This document shows positions 34,385 through 47,686 of a DNA stretch of 64,000 nucleotides, piece after piece (the first letter of the stretch is position 1; the number at the start of each line of letters is the position of its first letter). The position numbers and the translations under genes are program-made. The stretch is from Anthoceros angustus. Lineage: Eukaryota > Plantae > Anthocerotophyta. A model generated the notes under the pieces. The model was given only the letters and a program-made list of their open reading frames with translations. It made no database searches and was not told the DNA's origin. The stretch spans positions 868,001 to 932,000 of the forward strand of contig MU008182.1 in NCBI GenBank assembly GCA_010909165.1. Reading direction: 5' to 3'.

Positions 34385-37194
34385 GATACGCCTCACCAAA
34401 TGTGTGAGTGGTCCAGCTTCAAAAAGCACATACAGTCAACCAATCCAAGCCCTTCTCTGTGGAAGCATTGTTTGAACTTCGGCAAGGATTTTGTCAGTAT
34501 ATCTGCATGTTGTAAATGCGTGGGTACATCTTGTACTTAACAATTCCTCTCTCGGCGTCACGAATATAATGGTGTTGAATCTCAATATGCTTCGCGCATG
34601 AAAGATGGATTAGCGACAAGAGCAATGGTCATATATTGTCACAATTAAGCAACTGGCCCTTCCCGCTTCATATCCAAATCTTCACATAGCTTTCTTTCCC
34701 ATTCAGCCTCTTTTGTGGCTTGGTGAGTGCTTTGTACTCGATTACATTGATGAAAGTGATATTGCGACTTGTTTTTTACAAGACCAATTAACAACAAAGT
34801 GGAGCCAAGAAGAAAGCAATATCTTTGAGATACTTTTTCGGTGTCGTCAAGCCCAATGCATCGACAAAGCATGTCGATGCAAATGCTTCTTTCCGCTAGG
34901 CTTGAAGCGAGGCCATAATTTGGAGTACCCTTGAGGTCGCATGATGCGCTTGAGAGCAACCCGGTGATCCTTTCACGGATTCTCACGAGGCGAGCAATAG
35001 CATTCTGATGTTGAGATATCAGTGCAGTCGATTACTCAAGAACATGAGAGTACCAACTCCCATACGATAAGGAATATTTTCCATCTCTTTCTTTTCTGTT
35101 ACGATTGTGGACATGAAGCGGATGAAAGCTTAACACCTCTGGCGCCGGTGTGCCATCGTACGTCTCCAAGTTGAGCGTTTTAACATACCGACTACATATC
35201 TTCCTTGATGGAGATAGATAGCACGATGGTATCTCTATGTACATGCATACCAAGAATATATTTGACTTTGCCGAGATCCTTCATCTCGAATTCTTTACTA
35301 AGGTCGACTTTAATCTTGTTAACTAGTTCAATATTGTTGCGGGAATAACTAAGTCATCAACATATAGTGCAACCAAGACAAGGGAGGCATCCTTGAGTAC
35401 ATAGATATTGGTGTCTGCTTCACTTTGGATAAAACCTACCTTCTTGAGGTAAGAGTCCATTCTCTCATACCATAAACATGGGCTTTGCTTAAGTCCGTAA
35501 ATGGAACGAATAAGTTTACACACCTTGTTAGGAAAATGCTCATCTTCATAGTCTTCTGGTTGATCCATATAGATCTTTTCTTGTAGATGACCATAAAGGA
35601 AAGCAGTACAAACGTCAAGCTGATAAATTCTAGATTAAGCTCGGTACATAAAGCCAGGAGCATTCTGACAGAAGCAGCCTTGACTACAGGTGAATAAACC
35701 TTATCGCCCTGATAGTCCACTCCCTCTTTCTGACTATAACCCTTAGCCACTAGTCTCGCCTTATAGCGAATACGAGGTTCAACCTCATGGAATTTAGTTT
35801 TGAGAAGAAGGTGGCGGCAGTTACTAGGTCTTGTGGATTAAGAGCACCAAAGTCTTCTCTTGTTTCTACAAGACCAATTAACAACAAAGTGGAGCCAAGA
35901 AGAAAGCAATATGTCGAGATACTTTTTCGTGTCGTCAAGCCCAATCTGCATCGACAAAGCATGTCAGGAGCAAATGCTTCTTTCCGCTAGGCTTGAAGCA
36001 GAGGCCATAATTTGAGTACCCTTGAGGTACCGCATGATGCGCTTGAGAGCAACCCTGATCCTTTCCTCGGATTCTCCGAGAACCGAGCAATAGCATTTAT
36101 GATTTGAGATATCGTCCGTCTGATTACTCAAGAACATGAGAGTACCAACTCCCATACGATAAGGAATATTTTCCATCTCTTTCTTTTCCTGCTCGATTGT
36201 GGACATGAGCGATGAAAGCTTAACACCCACGGCCAGTGTGACGCATGTACATGCTCCAAGTTGAAGCGTTTTAACATACCAGCTACATATCGTCCTTGAT
36301 GGAGATAGATAGCACCAGTGGTATCTCTATGTACATGCATACCAAGAATATATTTAACTTTGCCGAGATCCTTCATCTCGAATTCTTTACTAAGGTCGAC
36401 TTTAATCTTGTTAACTAGTTCAATATTGTTGCTGAATAACTAAGTCATCAACATATAGTGCAACCAAGACAAGGAGCTGTCCTTGAGTACATAGATATTG
36501 GTGTCTGCTTCACTTTGGATAAAACCTATCTTCTTGAGATAAGAGTCCATTCTCTCATACCATAAACGTGGGCTTTGCTTTAGTCCGTAATTAGAACGAA
36601 TAAGTTTACACACCTTGTTTGGGTATTGTTTATCTTCATAGTCTTCTGGTTGATCCATATAGATCTCTTCTTGCAGATGACCATAAAGGAAAGCAGTACA
36701 AACATCAAGCTGATAAATTTCTAGATTAAGCTCGGCACATAAAGCCAAGAGCATTCTCACAGAAGCAGCCTTGACTACAGGTGAATAAACCTTATCGCCC
36801 TGATAGTCCACTCCCTCTTTCTGACTATAACCCTTAGCCACTAGTCTCGCCTTATAGCGAATACGAGGTTCAACCTCCTGGAATTTAGTTTTGAGAAGAA
36901 GGTGGAGCAGGAACAGTCTCTGGGTCTTGTGGATTAAGAGCACCAAAGTCTTCTGCTTTCATAAGGATCAACAATGGCTCGCTCATCTTCCCCTGGGCGG
37001 GAACAATAGGGATAGGTGCCGCTTGAGGTGAAGAGGCCGTGGATGGAGCGAAGTTGCGGGACAGTCAAGGAAAGCGAGAGGGCGAGTCAAAACTGCATAA
37101 GGTCACAGGTCGGAAGAAGCGTGTCGTCAAGGAGCCAAGGTAATCCATGGACTCGAGCAGTAGATGCTAACCGAGCCTCATCAAAAGTGACAGG

Positions 37195-38930
37195 CGAGCA
37201 TAAACAAAAATGATTGAATTGATTAATAACAAAAGGGTCTCGTGTGTTTTATATCTAAACCTAATTTACGAGCGTCACTTATATCAAACGGACACTACCA
37301 TTAATTAACTTAGCGGTATAGATTAACTAATATATATCCATATATCCTAACAGATCGCCTCACCAAATGTGTGGTGGTCCGACTTCAAAAGCTCTGATCA
37401 ACCAATCCAAGCCCTTCTCGTGGAAGCATTGTTTGAACTTGCAAGGATTTTGTCGATTATGTCTGGCATATTAAATGCAGTGGGTACATCTTGTACAATT
37501 CCTCTCTCGTCACGAATATAATGGTGTTGAATCTCAATATGCTTAAATGCGCGCATGAAAGATGGATTAGCGACAAGAGCAATGGTGACATATTGTCACA
37601 ATTAAGCCTTATTGGCCCTTCCCGCTTCATATCCAAATCTTCACATAGCTTTCTTTCCCATTCGGCCTCTTTTGTGGCTTGGTGAGTGCTTTGTACTCGA
37701 TTACATTGATGAAAGTGATATTGCAGCTTGTTTTCTACAAGACCAATTAACAGCGATGGAGCCGCAATATCTTTGAGATACTTTTTCGTGTCGTCAAGCC
37801 CAATGCGCATCGACAAAGCATGTCGATAGCAAATGCTTCTTTCCGCTAGGCTTGAAGCAGAGGCCATAATTTGAGTACCCTTGAGGTACCGCATGATGCG
37901 CTTGAGAGCAACCCGTGATCCTTTCACTGGATTCTCACGAGAAGCAATAGCATTCTGATGTTGAGATATCAGTGCAGTGCGATTACTCAAGAACATGAGA
38001 GTACCAACTCCCATACGATAAGGAATATTTTCCATCTCTTTCTTTTCTGTTACGATTGTGGACATGAAGCGGATGAAAGCTTAACACCTACGCCGGTGTG
38101 GTGTGCGTGCATTCTCCAAATTGAGCGTTTTAACATACCGACTACATATCTTGATGGAGATAGATAGCACGATGGTATCTCTATGTACATGCATACCAAG
38201 AATATATTTAACTTTGCGAGATCCTTCATCTCGAATTCTTTACTAAGGTCGACTTTAATCTTGTTAACTAGTTCAATATTGTTGCCGGGAATAACTAAGT
38301 CATCAACATATAGTGCAACCAAGACAAGGAGCTGTCCTTGAGTACATAGATATTGGTGTCGCTTCACTTTGGATAAAACCTATCTTCTTGAGGTAAGAGT
38401 CCATTCTCTCATACCATAAGCGTGGGCTTTGCTTTAGTCCAGTAAATAGAGCGAATAAGTTTACACACCTTGTTTGGGTATTGCTCATCTTCATAGTCTT
38501 GGTTGATCCATATAGATCTCTTCTTGCGGATGACCATAAAGCGGTACAAACATCAAGGCGATAAATTTCAGTTAAGCTCGGCACATAAAGCCGAGCATTC
38601 TCACGCGACCTTGACTACGGTGAATAAACCTTATCGCCACGATAGTCCACTCCCTCTTTCTGACTATAACCCTTAGCCACTAGTCTCGCCTTATAGCGAA
38701 TACGAGGTTCAACCTCCTGGAATTTAGTTTTGAGAAGAAGGTGGAGCAGGAACAGTCTCTGGGTCTTGTGGATTAAGAGCACCAAAGTCTTCTCTGTTTT
38801 CATAAGGATCAACAATGGCTCGCTCATCTTCCCCTGGGCGGGAACAATAGGGATAGATCTTGAGGTGAAGAGGCCGTGGATGGAGCGAAGTTGCGGGAAT
38901 AACTAAGTCATCAACATATAGTGCAACCAA
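37195..38930 (-). repeat. Indel-rich extra copy of the copia B LTR end plus copia A RNase H/RT
   Basis: Repeats roughly 34215-35860 and parts of 36440-37190 with many 1-3 bp indels. Confidence 0.75.
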
Positions 38931-41900
38931 GAGTCGAGGGCGAGTCAAAACTGCATAAGGTCACAGGTCGGAAGAAGCGTGTCGTTTGAAGGAGCCAAGG
39001 TAATCCATGGACTCGAGCAGTAGATGCTAACCGAGCCTCATCAAAAGTGACAGTGCGAGCATATACAATAGCATGGGTATCCAAGTCAACCAGTTATAAG
39101 CCTTACGGTCCTCGCCATAGCCAAGAGCATTCTCGAGAAGGAGCCGGCGAAAGCTTGTCGCGAGAAGGAATATTAGCATAGGCGGGCACCAAAATCCAAG
39201 ATGAGTAATAAGAGGCTTATATCCATGCCAGGACTCAAAGGGTGTCGGCGAGGCCGACTTGGAAAGAACCCCATTGCGAGATCGCCGATATTAACCGCCC
39301 GTAAGGGTTTGGGAGCCGAGCGGCTAGCATGGCGGGCCATGGCGGCGGATCGCCGTTGGCCTTTTCAAGAACCCCATTCTCGAGAAGTATAGGAACCGTG
39401 CGGCGGATAATCCCCTCTCAAGGCAGAAGTCCTTAAATTGCCGGTTATTTAATTCTCCTGCATTGTCAGATCTAATGCACCGAAGCTTGCAACCGGTTTG
39501 CAGCTCAGCCATAGTGACAAAAGGAGTAAAGGAGCCGAAGGAATCACTCTTCAACTTGAGCGGAATAGCAAAGGTATAGCGACTATAGTCATCAACAATA
39601 GTCATAAAGTGCAGTGCGCCGCCAAGTGAAGGGACTGGGAGTGGACCACAAAGATCAACATGGACCAACTCCAAGGGCTGAGTAGCCCGACGGGCAGGTA
39701 GAGTAGGATAGGGGAAGCTACGTTGTTTAGCATATATACAAGGTTCACATAACGGAGGAGTCTGTGAAAAGTGTGGTAGCTTATCCCTAAATAAATCCTG
39801 CCTAGACATCTCTAAAAGCTTATCATGATTAATATGTCCAAGCCGAGAATGCCATAATAGGGAGTCACCTTTGCGAGAACTCCTCCGAGATGGCCATTGC
39901 GGAGGCGTGGTCGAGGAAGGCATGATCCTGATGGCGGAGAAGACATAGAGGTCATGCGCGACGACCTCTAGCAACCACGCCGGGAGCAACAGATCTTGTG
40001 AGGAGGCAATCGCCTCGCAACTCTAGCTCGAAAGTACCGTCCTTCACCAAGTGTCGGACGGAGATAAGATTCTTCGCCATTTGCGGAACATGCACATCAC
40101 TTAAAAGAAGGAGAACCATCTTCAAGAGTAAAAGTAGATGCAGTGCCGCAATAGTAAGGTCGAGTCATCGCCGAGAAGAACAAAAGCGTTGATCTTGAGG
40201 AGATAATCGAGAACATATGGTGATGGCAAATATATGCGAGGCGGTGAGTCCAATAGCCAAGAGGTCTTGTATTCGAAAGCTACCAAGCAGACTGTGAGGG
40301 CAATGTCGGCCTGTTTCTGCTTGGAGGTCGAGGCCATATTGGCAGACTTGGAAGGGCGTCGAGGCTCACCGGCTTTCTTCTTGCGGCAGTCAGGCTCCCA
40401 GTGGCCTGGAATCTGGCACCAGTTGCAAGTACCAGGCTTGCGGCTGGAACCACCAGGCTTGGAGAAGGAAGGGCCGCGAGAAGGAGCCGGAGAAGGCGCA
40501 GTGAAGGGCCGTCTCTCAGGTGGAGGAGGACGTCGGCTCTGACGTTGACGGCCTTTGCTAACGAACATAACTCGTTCACCACCATGCTTCGAAGTGCCGG
40601 CGTTGAATCTGGAAGCCTCCTCTTGAAGGAGAGCGCCGGCAATTTCGGAGATGGAAATGTTGGGTGTGCGGCCAGCCTTTACCGCCTGATGAGCCTCTCG
40701 AACAGTGCCATTCTGAGAGGACACAAATGCTTGAAAGCTGGCGGGAAGGGAGGCCAGCAGTTGGACACAAGCTTCAAATTCCGATAAGGGAGTGCCTAAA
40801 GCAGCAAGCTGGGCCGAAGATATCGAAACTTCCCAACATAAGTACCAATGCTCTCATTATTATGCATGCGTAAGGAATAAAATTCGTTACGCACTGTTAC
40901 TAATGTCATAACATTGGTAGATTGAAAAATATCTACTAGCTGCCGCCAAGCCTCTGCAGCAGTAGTAGCCCCATCAATATGATGAAGAGTGACTTCATCG
41001 AGGCCCGAGATAAGGATATGCATAGCAAGCTTGTCTTGTTTCAACCAAGAGTCGAGGGCCGGCGAGGGCCCGATGGGCTTGAGGACAGTTCCATCAACTA
41101 TGCCAATTAGATCTTTGGTATTTAAGACATAACGCATACGTTTGGACCATATTTCGAACTTAGTGCCGTCGAAACGGTCCTTCTCCTTAAAATCAGATGT
41201 CACATTCATATAATTGATGATGGGAATGGGTGGCACATTTGGAGAGGTGGCCATCGTGATAAGATCAAGCAATAGTGGTTAAATAGAAGTAGATAGATAT
41301 ATATAGAAGAACTGCCAACTCCAAGTTATGACAAGAAGCTAAGAAGTCTTCAAATATATATAGCAACGCTTGAATATGAGCAAATCAAATGTTACTTTGC
41401 TAAAGATCCCGAAGGCCAATGATGGTTATGAAAAATCAAACAGCCCAGTGAACGATGCCGCGGTCACTAGGAGCATAAACGATTAACAAGTTGAAGCTTG
41501 GGCGTGGCGCACCGACTCGGAGGCGATGAAGATGATCCCAAAGGTGATGACACTCCAAATGGAATAGCTCTTGAGCAGTAGCACCAGCTTGCTCATAAAA
41601 ATAATGCTGAGAAGCAATGTCGTCAGATGGAAGGCGCGGCGACAAGGGCTCTTGTTTGATTGCTGAAGCTGGAATAGCTGAAAACTCAACCGATAGAGGC
41701 TGCTTATAAGGGGGCGACGAGCTCCGAATAGTTGCGAGGGCTGAACAGGTATGCTAGGAGATCCAGAAGAAGACGCCAGGTGGGCCCCACCAACAACCCC
41801 AAGAGCCAATCTTGAAGGCGAAGCGTTTGAACCATTTCGTTAAAGCGCCCATGAACTTTGTGACGGGTGCAAAATAATATTTTAGGGCACCGTGCAGGTG

Positions 41901-44900
41901 CGAGGTTAGCGGCGCCGCGGGCCAGCAACCGCGGCCCGATCGAATCTCCATCGATCCGGGGCCCTCTTCACCATTTCCGCCAGATGCAGGGCGCCGGAGA
42001 AGGGCGCCTCACTGCCCAAAGATTCAGCGCGATGGCGATCGAATTAGCTCGAAAACATGAAGAGTACCGCCTCGATCTCGATTCGAGATTGGAACCGCCG
42101 TCTGGATGGGATCGATCGCGGTGATGGGTGCACCATATGGAGTAAGATTGCAGCAGAATTGAGGAGATTCAAGACGGAGATTTGCAGAAGAATGGCTGTT
42201 AGGATTTGCAAATGATTTCTTTTGAATTTCAGTGGTTGGACCCCCTGATATCAGCTGATCTGAAGAGACGATGGCAGATATGGGGGCATTTGCACTAGGC
42301 GCTGAAGCTGGTGAGATCTCCTGAGATAAACCATGCTGATTTCTTCGGAATCGAGAAAGAAAATCTGCAGCAGCAGAAATCTCAACTTGAACTTGTTGAT
42401 AGGTTGTTTCATGGTTTGCAGGCTGTAGGAGATGGCCGAGTGAGTCGTCAAGTTGGAGCTTATTTTGAAAACATTGCTGCCCATACGTACGCTCAGAACC
42501 ATATGTACAATCAGGATTAGTTGAATTTGCATTATGAAGTACTTTGTGAGTAACTTGTTGAGTGTTTGCTGAGGGTGTTGCCGTCCGTCCATCAGCATAA
42601 TAGAGTTTCTTAGCATAAACCGTGGAATGATGCTGACCTGATCGATTAGAATGATGTGACGAAGAATTACTCTATACTGGTGTGGTTGGAGAATAAAATG
42701 GTGAGTTGGTCTCCTTGTTGTGTGAATGATAGGAGGAGGAATTCTGATTCTCATCACTCGAGATATCTCCACAAGATCGCATCGGGATCATCACTGTGGA
42801 CCAAGGCCTTGCTGATGTTTGTTTGCTAAAAGCTCCTGTTGTTTATGATGACACCAAATTGTTTTCTAGGAAGAAGCAGGATAGCATGTAGGCTATCTTG
42901 CTCCCTAAGTTATTGAAAAGAGAAGAATTAAATCGACTATGTTTGTAGAATCGACGAGAGTGCACAATTCTTCTACTTTCCCTCTCTAATTCTCTAGTTC
43001 TCTTAGCATGAATACTCTTGTGATTGTTTCTTCTTGCCATGTTGTAACTTTATGTAAAACAATAAGGAACAATGTCTTGTACAAGGAAGAATGAGTAGAA
43101 TGCTAGAAAGAATAAGATGAAGAATGAGAGAGTGGCAATGAGCCATGAAACTTTAATGAATATAAAGGTTAATCATAGAAGAAGCCAAACTATTTTATTA
43201 GTAAAATATGTTTGGTTGAATGTGAAAGAAACTATGAATAAGTATAAAATAGCTTCAAATTACAAATACCAAAAGCATTGGAAAGATGTTGCATATTAGA
43301 AGAACATCTAGATTCACATCATAATGTATGGTGGACTTAGTAATCAAACTATGCTCTGATACCAAGTTTGAGGTGCTTTATGAGCGTTTGATCAAAGATA
43401 GTGCTTTACTAATTGATACAATTGATTACAAGAGGTGGGCTTTTATAGCCTGTGTCTGAAGAGTTGTACCTCTTCGGTACTAGATACCAAAGGGTATGAC
43501 CACGCTGGGTTTAGCTAAGGTAACCATAGCCAACGCGGTCTGTACTTCTAACTTTGGCTAGCGTGTACAGAAGATTTGTACCGATGTTTGCCAAGATTGC
43601 TGCCCCATAAACTGATCTCTTGAAGAAGGCGAAGGCTTGGAAGTGGGATGATGAATGTCAGAGGGCATTCGAGTTTCTGAAGTTAAAACTCAGCACTGCC
43701 CCAGTATTGGCAATCTATGATCCAAAGAAGGATATAAAAGTATATACTGATGCGTCAGATATTGCAATTGGAGGAGTGCTCATGCAAGAAAGTAGGCCAG
43801 TGGCTTACAAGTCAAGGAAGCTGCATGAACATGAAAGGAAGTACGCCACTTATGAAAAGGAGATGACTGCTGTCATCAATTGTCTCAAGATATGGAGACA
43901 TTATCTTCTAGGAAGATCTTTTGTGCCGACATGCATAATGTAAGCACGAGCTTCTTTACAAATCAGCTGCGACTAAGCGCAAGACAGGCTAGATGACAAG
44001 ATTTCCTAGCAATGTATGATGTGTCTATCAAGTACAAGCCAGGGAAGGAGAATCTCATGGCAGATGCTTTGAGTCGCAAGCAAAGTTTAAGTTTGATAAC
44101 TGCTTTTACGCCAAAGAGGCCTAAGCTAGCTGCAACACAGATGGTGATTGAGCCAAGGGACACTCACACGCAGATCAAGGAAGCTTATCTGCGAGATCCA
44201 TTAGTACAGGATTGGATCAATGAAGTGGAGCAACCGGGATCTAAGTTTAAGCTTAGAAATGGCTTGTTGATGTTCAAGCAAAACAGGATTGTGATTCCTG
44301 ATTCTCATGTGTTGAGAAGGAAGTTGCTTGCAGAGTGTCATGATGTGCCAAGTGCAGGTCATAGAGGAATTGACCCAACTTATGAGAAGTTGAGAAAGGC
44401 TTTTCTTGGCTGGAATGTACAAGCATACCGTTGAGTATGTTAAGTCTTGTGTAGGTATCGTAGGATAAGGTGGAGCGGACAAATCCATGAGGTTTGTTGC
44501 AACCCCGCCTATTCCAAGTGGGCCTTGGAAAAGTATATCAATGGATTTCATTATGCCATTGCCACCAAGAATGGACACACTATCATGATGTGGTTGATAG
44601 ATTCAAGAAGCAAGCACACTTCATCCCTACGAAGAAGCGAGTGAAAGCTCGAGAAGCATGTATATGTGTTACATGGACGCCTATGCATTGTGAGTGATGA
44701 GATCCCAGTTCTGCGAGTTTTGGCAACTTATGAAGAGCTTAGGAGTGCAATTATGTATGAGCGTACCACCACGATACGGATGGATCAGAGAGGGTGAACA
44801 GAATCCAAGAAGAATACTTACGACACTATGTACAAATGGACCAGCGAGATTGGAGTAATCATCTTGAGGATGCAGAATTTTGTTATAATAACATACATAG

Positions 44901-45533
44901 CTCCACGGGCTACACACCTTTTCGGATGATGTAACGAAGCAATGGACGTAGTTTCCATGTTGAATGCTAGCGTGTTGAGACAGCAAGAGAACCACGTGAA
45001 TTCATTGAGCGATTAAGGGCGCATGAAGTTGCTAAGAAGATATTGGCCAAGGCTCGTGAAAGGCAAAAGAAGTTTCTTGAGCGCAAAGAGGCGAGTTTCA
45101 AGTAGGAGACAAGGTGTGGGTGAAATTGAAGAATTTCCCACGCCACAAGGTGACCTCAAAGTTAAGGCCTAAGTATGGAGGACCTTTCGTAGTTCAAGCG
45201 CATTGGAAATGTGGCTTACAAACTACACTTGCCTGAATGGATCTTCTCTCATAATGTGTTTCATGTCTCTTTGCTGAAACCATTTGTGATTTCGAAGAGA
45301 ATGAAGATATGAGCAGGAAGGATTATGTCATCACAGTTCAACACAATCATAGTGCGGAGATTGTTGAATTCTGGCGAGAGAGAAGCTTTCTCGTGGTAAT
45401 GTACCGAGTATCCGTAAGGCTTCGTGGTTATGCGATCATGCAGGTTTCACTTGAAGATGTGCAACAAGGATCATGGATGATCTCGCGTTACCGGAGGTCA
45501 TTGAGGACAATGACATCTTCCAGTGGGGAGAGA

Positions 45534-46145
45534 AATGCGGCTGGTGAAAATAAGGTAGAAAGGTGAAAAGTTGAAAAGGGTAAAAAAACTAAGTTAGTAG
45601 CTGCCTTGTTAAGAAGATGCATGTGTTGCATGCTTCATGCAATCTCTTGTTAGAGAGGAATTGCTACGACCACAAATGAAGAGCTGCCTAGAGAGGACTC
45701 TTAGTGATTAGTGGTGCATAAGAATCCCTAGATTTAATGCCTAGTTAAGGTCAGTGCGGGATATATAAGGGCTAGAGCAAGGGCTTTGAGGAACAAGTTA
45801 CAAGTTACTCACTCTTTGAGAGAGCAGTGAAAGCTGCAAGCCTTGTGTTGAGAGAGCCGTGGAGAGCTAGCTAGTGAGCTTGTCATGGAATCAAGGGCAG
45901 TAGCTAGTTGGGCGTAGATAGCCAGATTCCATCGTTGTATTCTTGCAATAAAGAGCAGTACCTCGAGGAGGTGGCCTGCGAGTCGTCAGTGGATTGCGGG
46001 CTACTTGGAGCCTAGTGCTGTGTTGTGAGGTTGAGAGCGTTGAGAATTGTGCAAGTCTCTCGTGGAGTGAATTGGCGAGGTCTTAGACCGTTGGGAAGCC
46101 AGCACTTGTCGCTTCCTTACTGGCTGCGCAGTGAGGGCTGTTACT
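45534..46145 (+). repeat. Gypsy 3' LTR
   Basis: Follows PPT agtggggagagaa and ends GTTACT followed by TSD CCTAC. The 5' end is degraded. Confidence 0.88.
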
Positions 46146-46338
46146 CCTACGGTATTATAGTTAAATAAAATAAACGAAAATAAACTACTTTATGTATACA
46201 ATTGGGTGGCAAGTCCGGGAGCATTCTTGATGCTCAAGAGGTATTAAATGCGTTGCCTAAACGAGTTGTTGTCCTCTCAAGAAGAGGGTGACGAAGTCTT
46301 GGATCTGAGCAAAGGATGAGAGAGGAAACCGTCAAAAT

Positions 46339-46934
46339 AGTAACACCGCTCACTGCGCAGCTAGTAAGGAAGCGACAAGTGCTGGCTTCCCAGCGGCCTA
46401 AGACCTCGCCAATTCACTCCACGAGAGACTTGCACAATTCTCAACGCTCTCAACCTCACAACACAGCACTAGGCTCGACGTCCATCGACGATCAGGCCAC
46501 CGAGGTGCCGCTTTATTGCAAGAATACAACCATGGAATCTAGCTATCTACTCAACCTAAGCACGCCTCTTGATTCCATGACAAGCTCACTAGCTAGCTCT
46601 CCACAGCCTCTCTCAACACAGGCTTGCCAAGACACTTGCTCGCTTCTCTCAAAGAGTGAGTAACTTGTAACTTGTTCCTCAAAGCCCGGTCAGAGTTCTT
46701 ATATATCCCGCAATGACCTTAACTAGGCAGCTGTTAAATCTAGGGATTCTTAGCACCACTAATCACTAAGAGTCCTCTCTAGCAGCTCTTCATTTGTGGT
46801 TGTAGCAATTCCTCTAACAAGAGATTGCATGAAGCATGCAACACATGCATCTTCTTAACAGGGCAGCTACTAACTTAACTTTTTACTTTTTTCAATTTTT
46901 CACCTTTCTATCTTATTTCATCAGTGCCGTTACT
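46339..46934 (-). mobile_element. Solo LTR of the same gypsy family, inverted
   Basis: 596 bp, termini AGTAAC..GTTACT, TSD AAAAT (46334-38, 46935-39). Confidence 0.92.
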
Positions 46935-47686
46935 AAAATTGCTTATGCTCATAAAGGAAAAAAAAGTGTTGGTCGTACGTCTATGGCTTCGCCCGGACTT
47001 CAGCACTTCAACCGGAGACCTTCAGTGTGTTAGACTGACGTGATAGCCAACTACACCACGAAACCGGTGGCTGATGACTTCGTTCGTTTTCAGTAGTGTA
47101 CTCTTTTCAATTGTGGGGCGACGTCTCTGCCCAGGATGCTGTGTAAGAAGAGCGATGATCTCGTGGGACTCGCCCGACACCATCGCCGGGCAGCTGGAAT
47201 ACGACGCACTTTTCTCGACCGCGCACCGACCGAACTGCCCAGTTATGGCAGAAGCATGCATCACCACGCAAGCAGAGTCAAGCAGGCTATTTCACCTTGG
47301 GCGTGGGTGCCCGTGTATGGCATTTCTTTGGCCATATTGTACGTCAGAGCGAGGGAAAACAATCCCAGATGCTCTGAAATGCTATGCAGCTCGTTGAAAC
47401 CCCTTAAGTGCACTGGTCTCGACCGGATCAGAAGACTCCTTGTAGATGAAGGCAAAGTGAGGGCGATGCGCTGGCTGAGGACAACCCTCAAATTCTCATC
47501 TCCGCATGCAATATCAGCAGGGTAAGCAGAAGGTTACGTACCTAGACTGCGTTCAAGGGGCTTCATAAACAAGGAGTTTGGTGTTCGCTGTGTGCTGAAA
47601 GGCGGTGCTGGGACTAAAAGGTCGCATGCATGCTTTCGTAGAGGGGAGCCTGCAACGTGTGGTTCATGGGATCATAGTATTTTGCC

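Larger units (their letters stand above)
26542..43553 (-). mobile_element. Ty1/copia element A nested in the gypsy RT
   Basis: LTRs 26542-26733 and 43365-43553, TSD TTGGC (26537-41, 43554-58), PBS gctctgatacca 43353-64, PPT 26734-43. Order on - strand is gag (40796-41272), CCHC, protease, integrase (39324-39989), RT, RNase H. Removing it restores gypsy MFLGLASVYRRFVP. Confidence 0.92.
23541..46145 (+). mobile_element. Ty3/gypsy (chromovirus-like) LTR retrotransposon, degenerate, interrupted by copia A
   Basis: LTRs 23541-24140 and ~45534-46145, TSD CCTAC (23536-40, 46146-50), Met-type PBS tggtatcgggc at 24145, PPT at ~45522. Gag CCHC (CYSCGEPGHYANEC), protease, RT ([10 protein letters not shown]), then RNase H and integrase after 43559, VFHVSLLKPF and a degenerate chromodomain-like tail. 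Confidence 0.92.

Noticed and set aside
47074-47525. ORFs downstream of PLS2, including an ENLRVV string resembling DYW KNLRVC
   Set aside because: No HxE or CxxC context at the expected spacing; probably chance.
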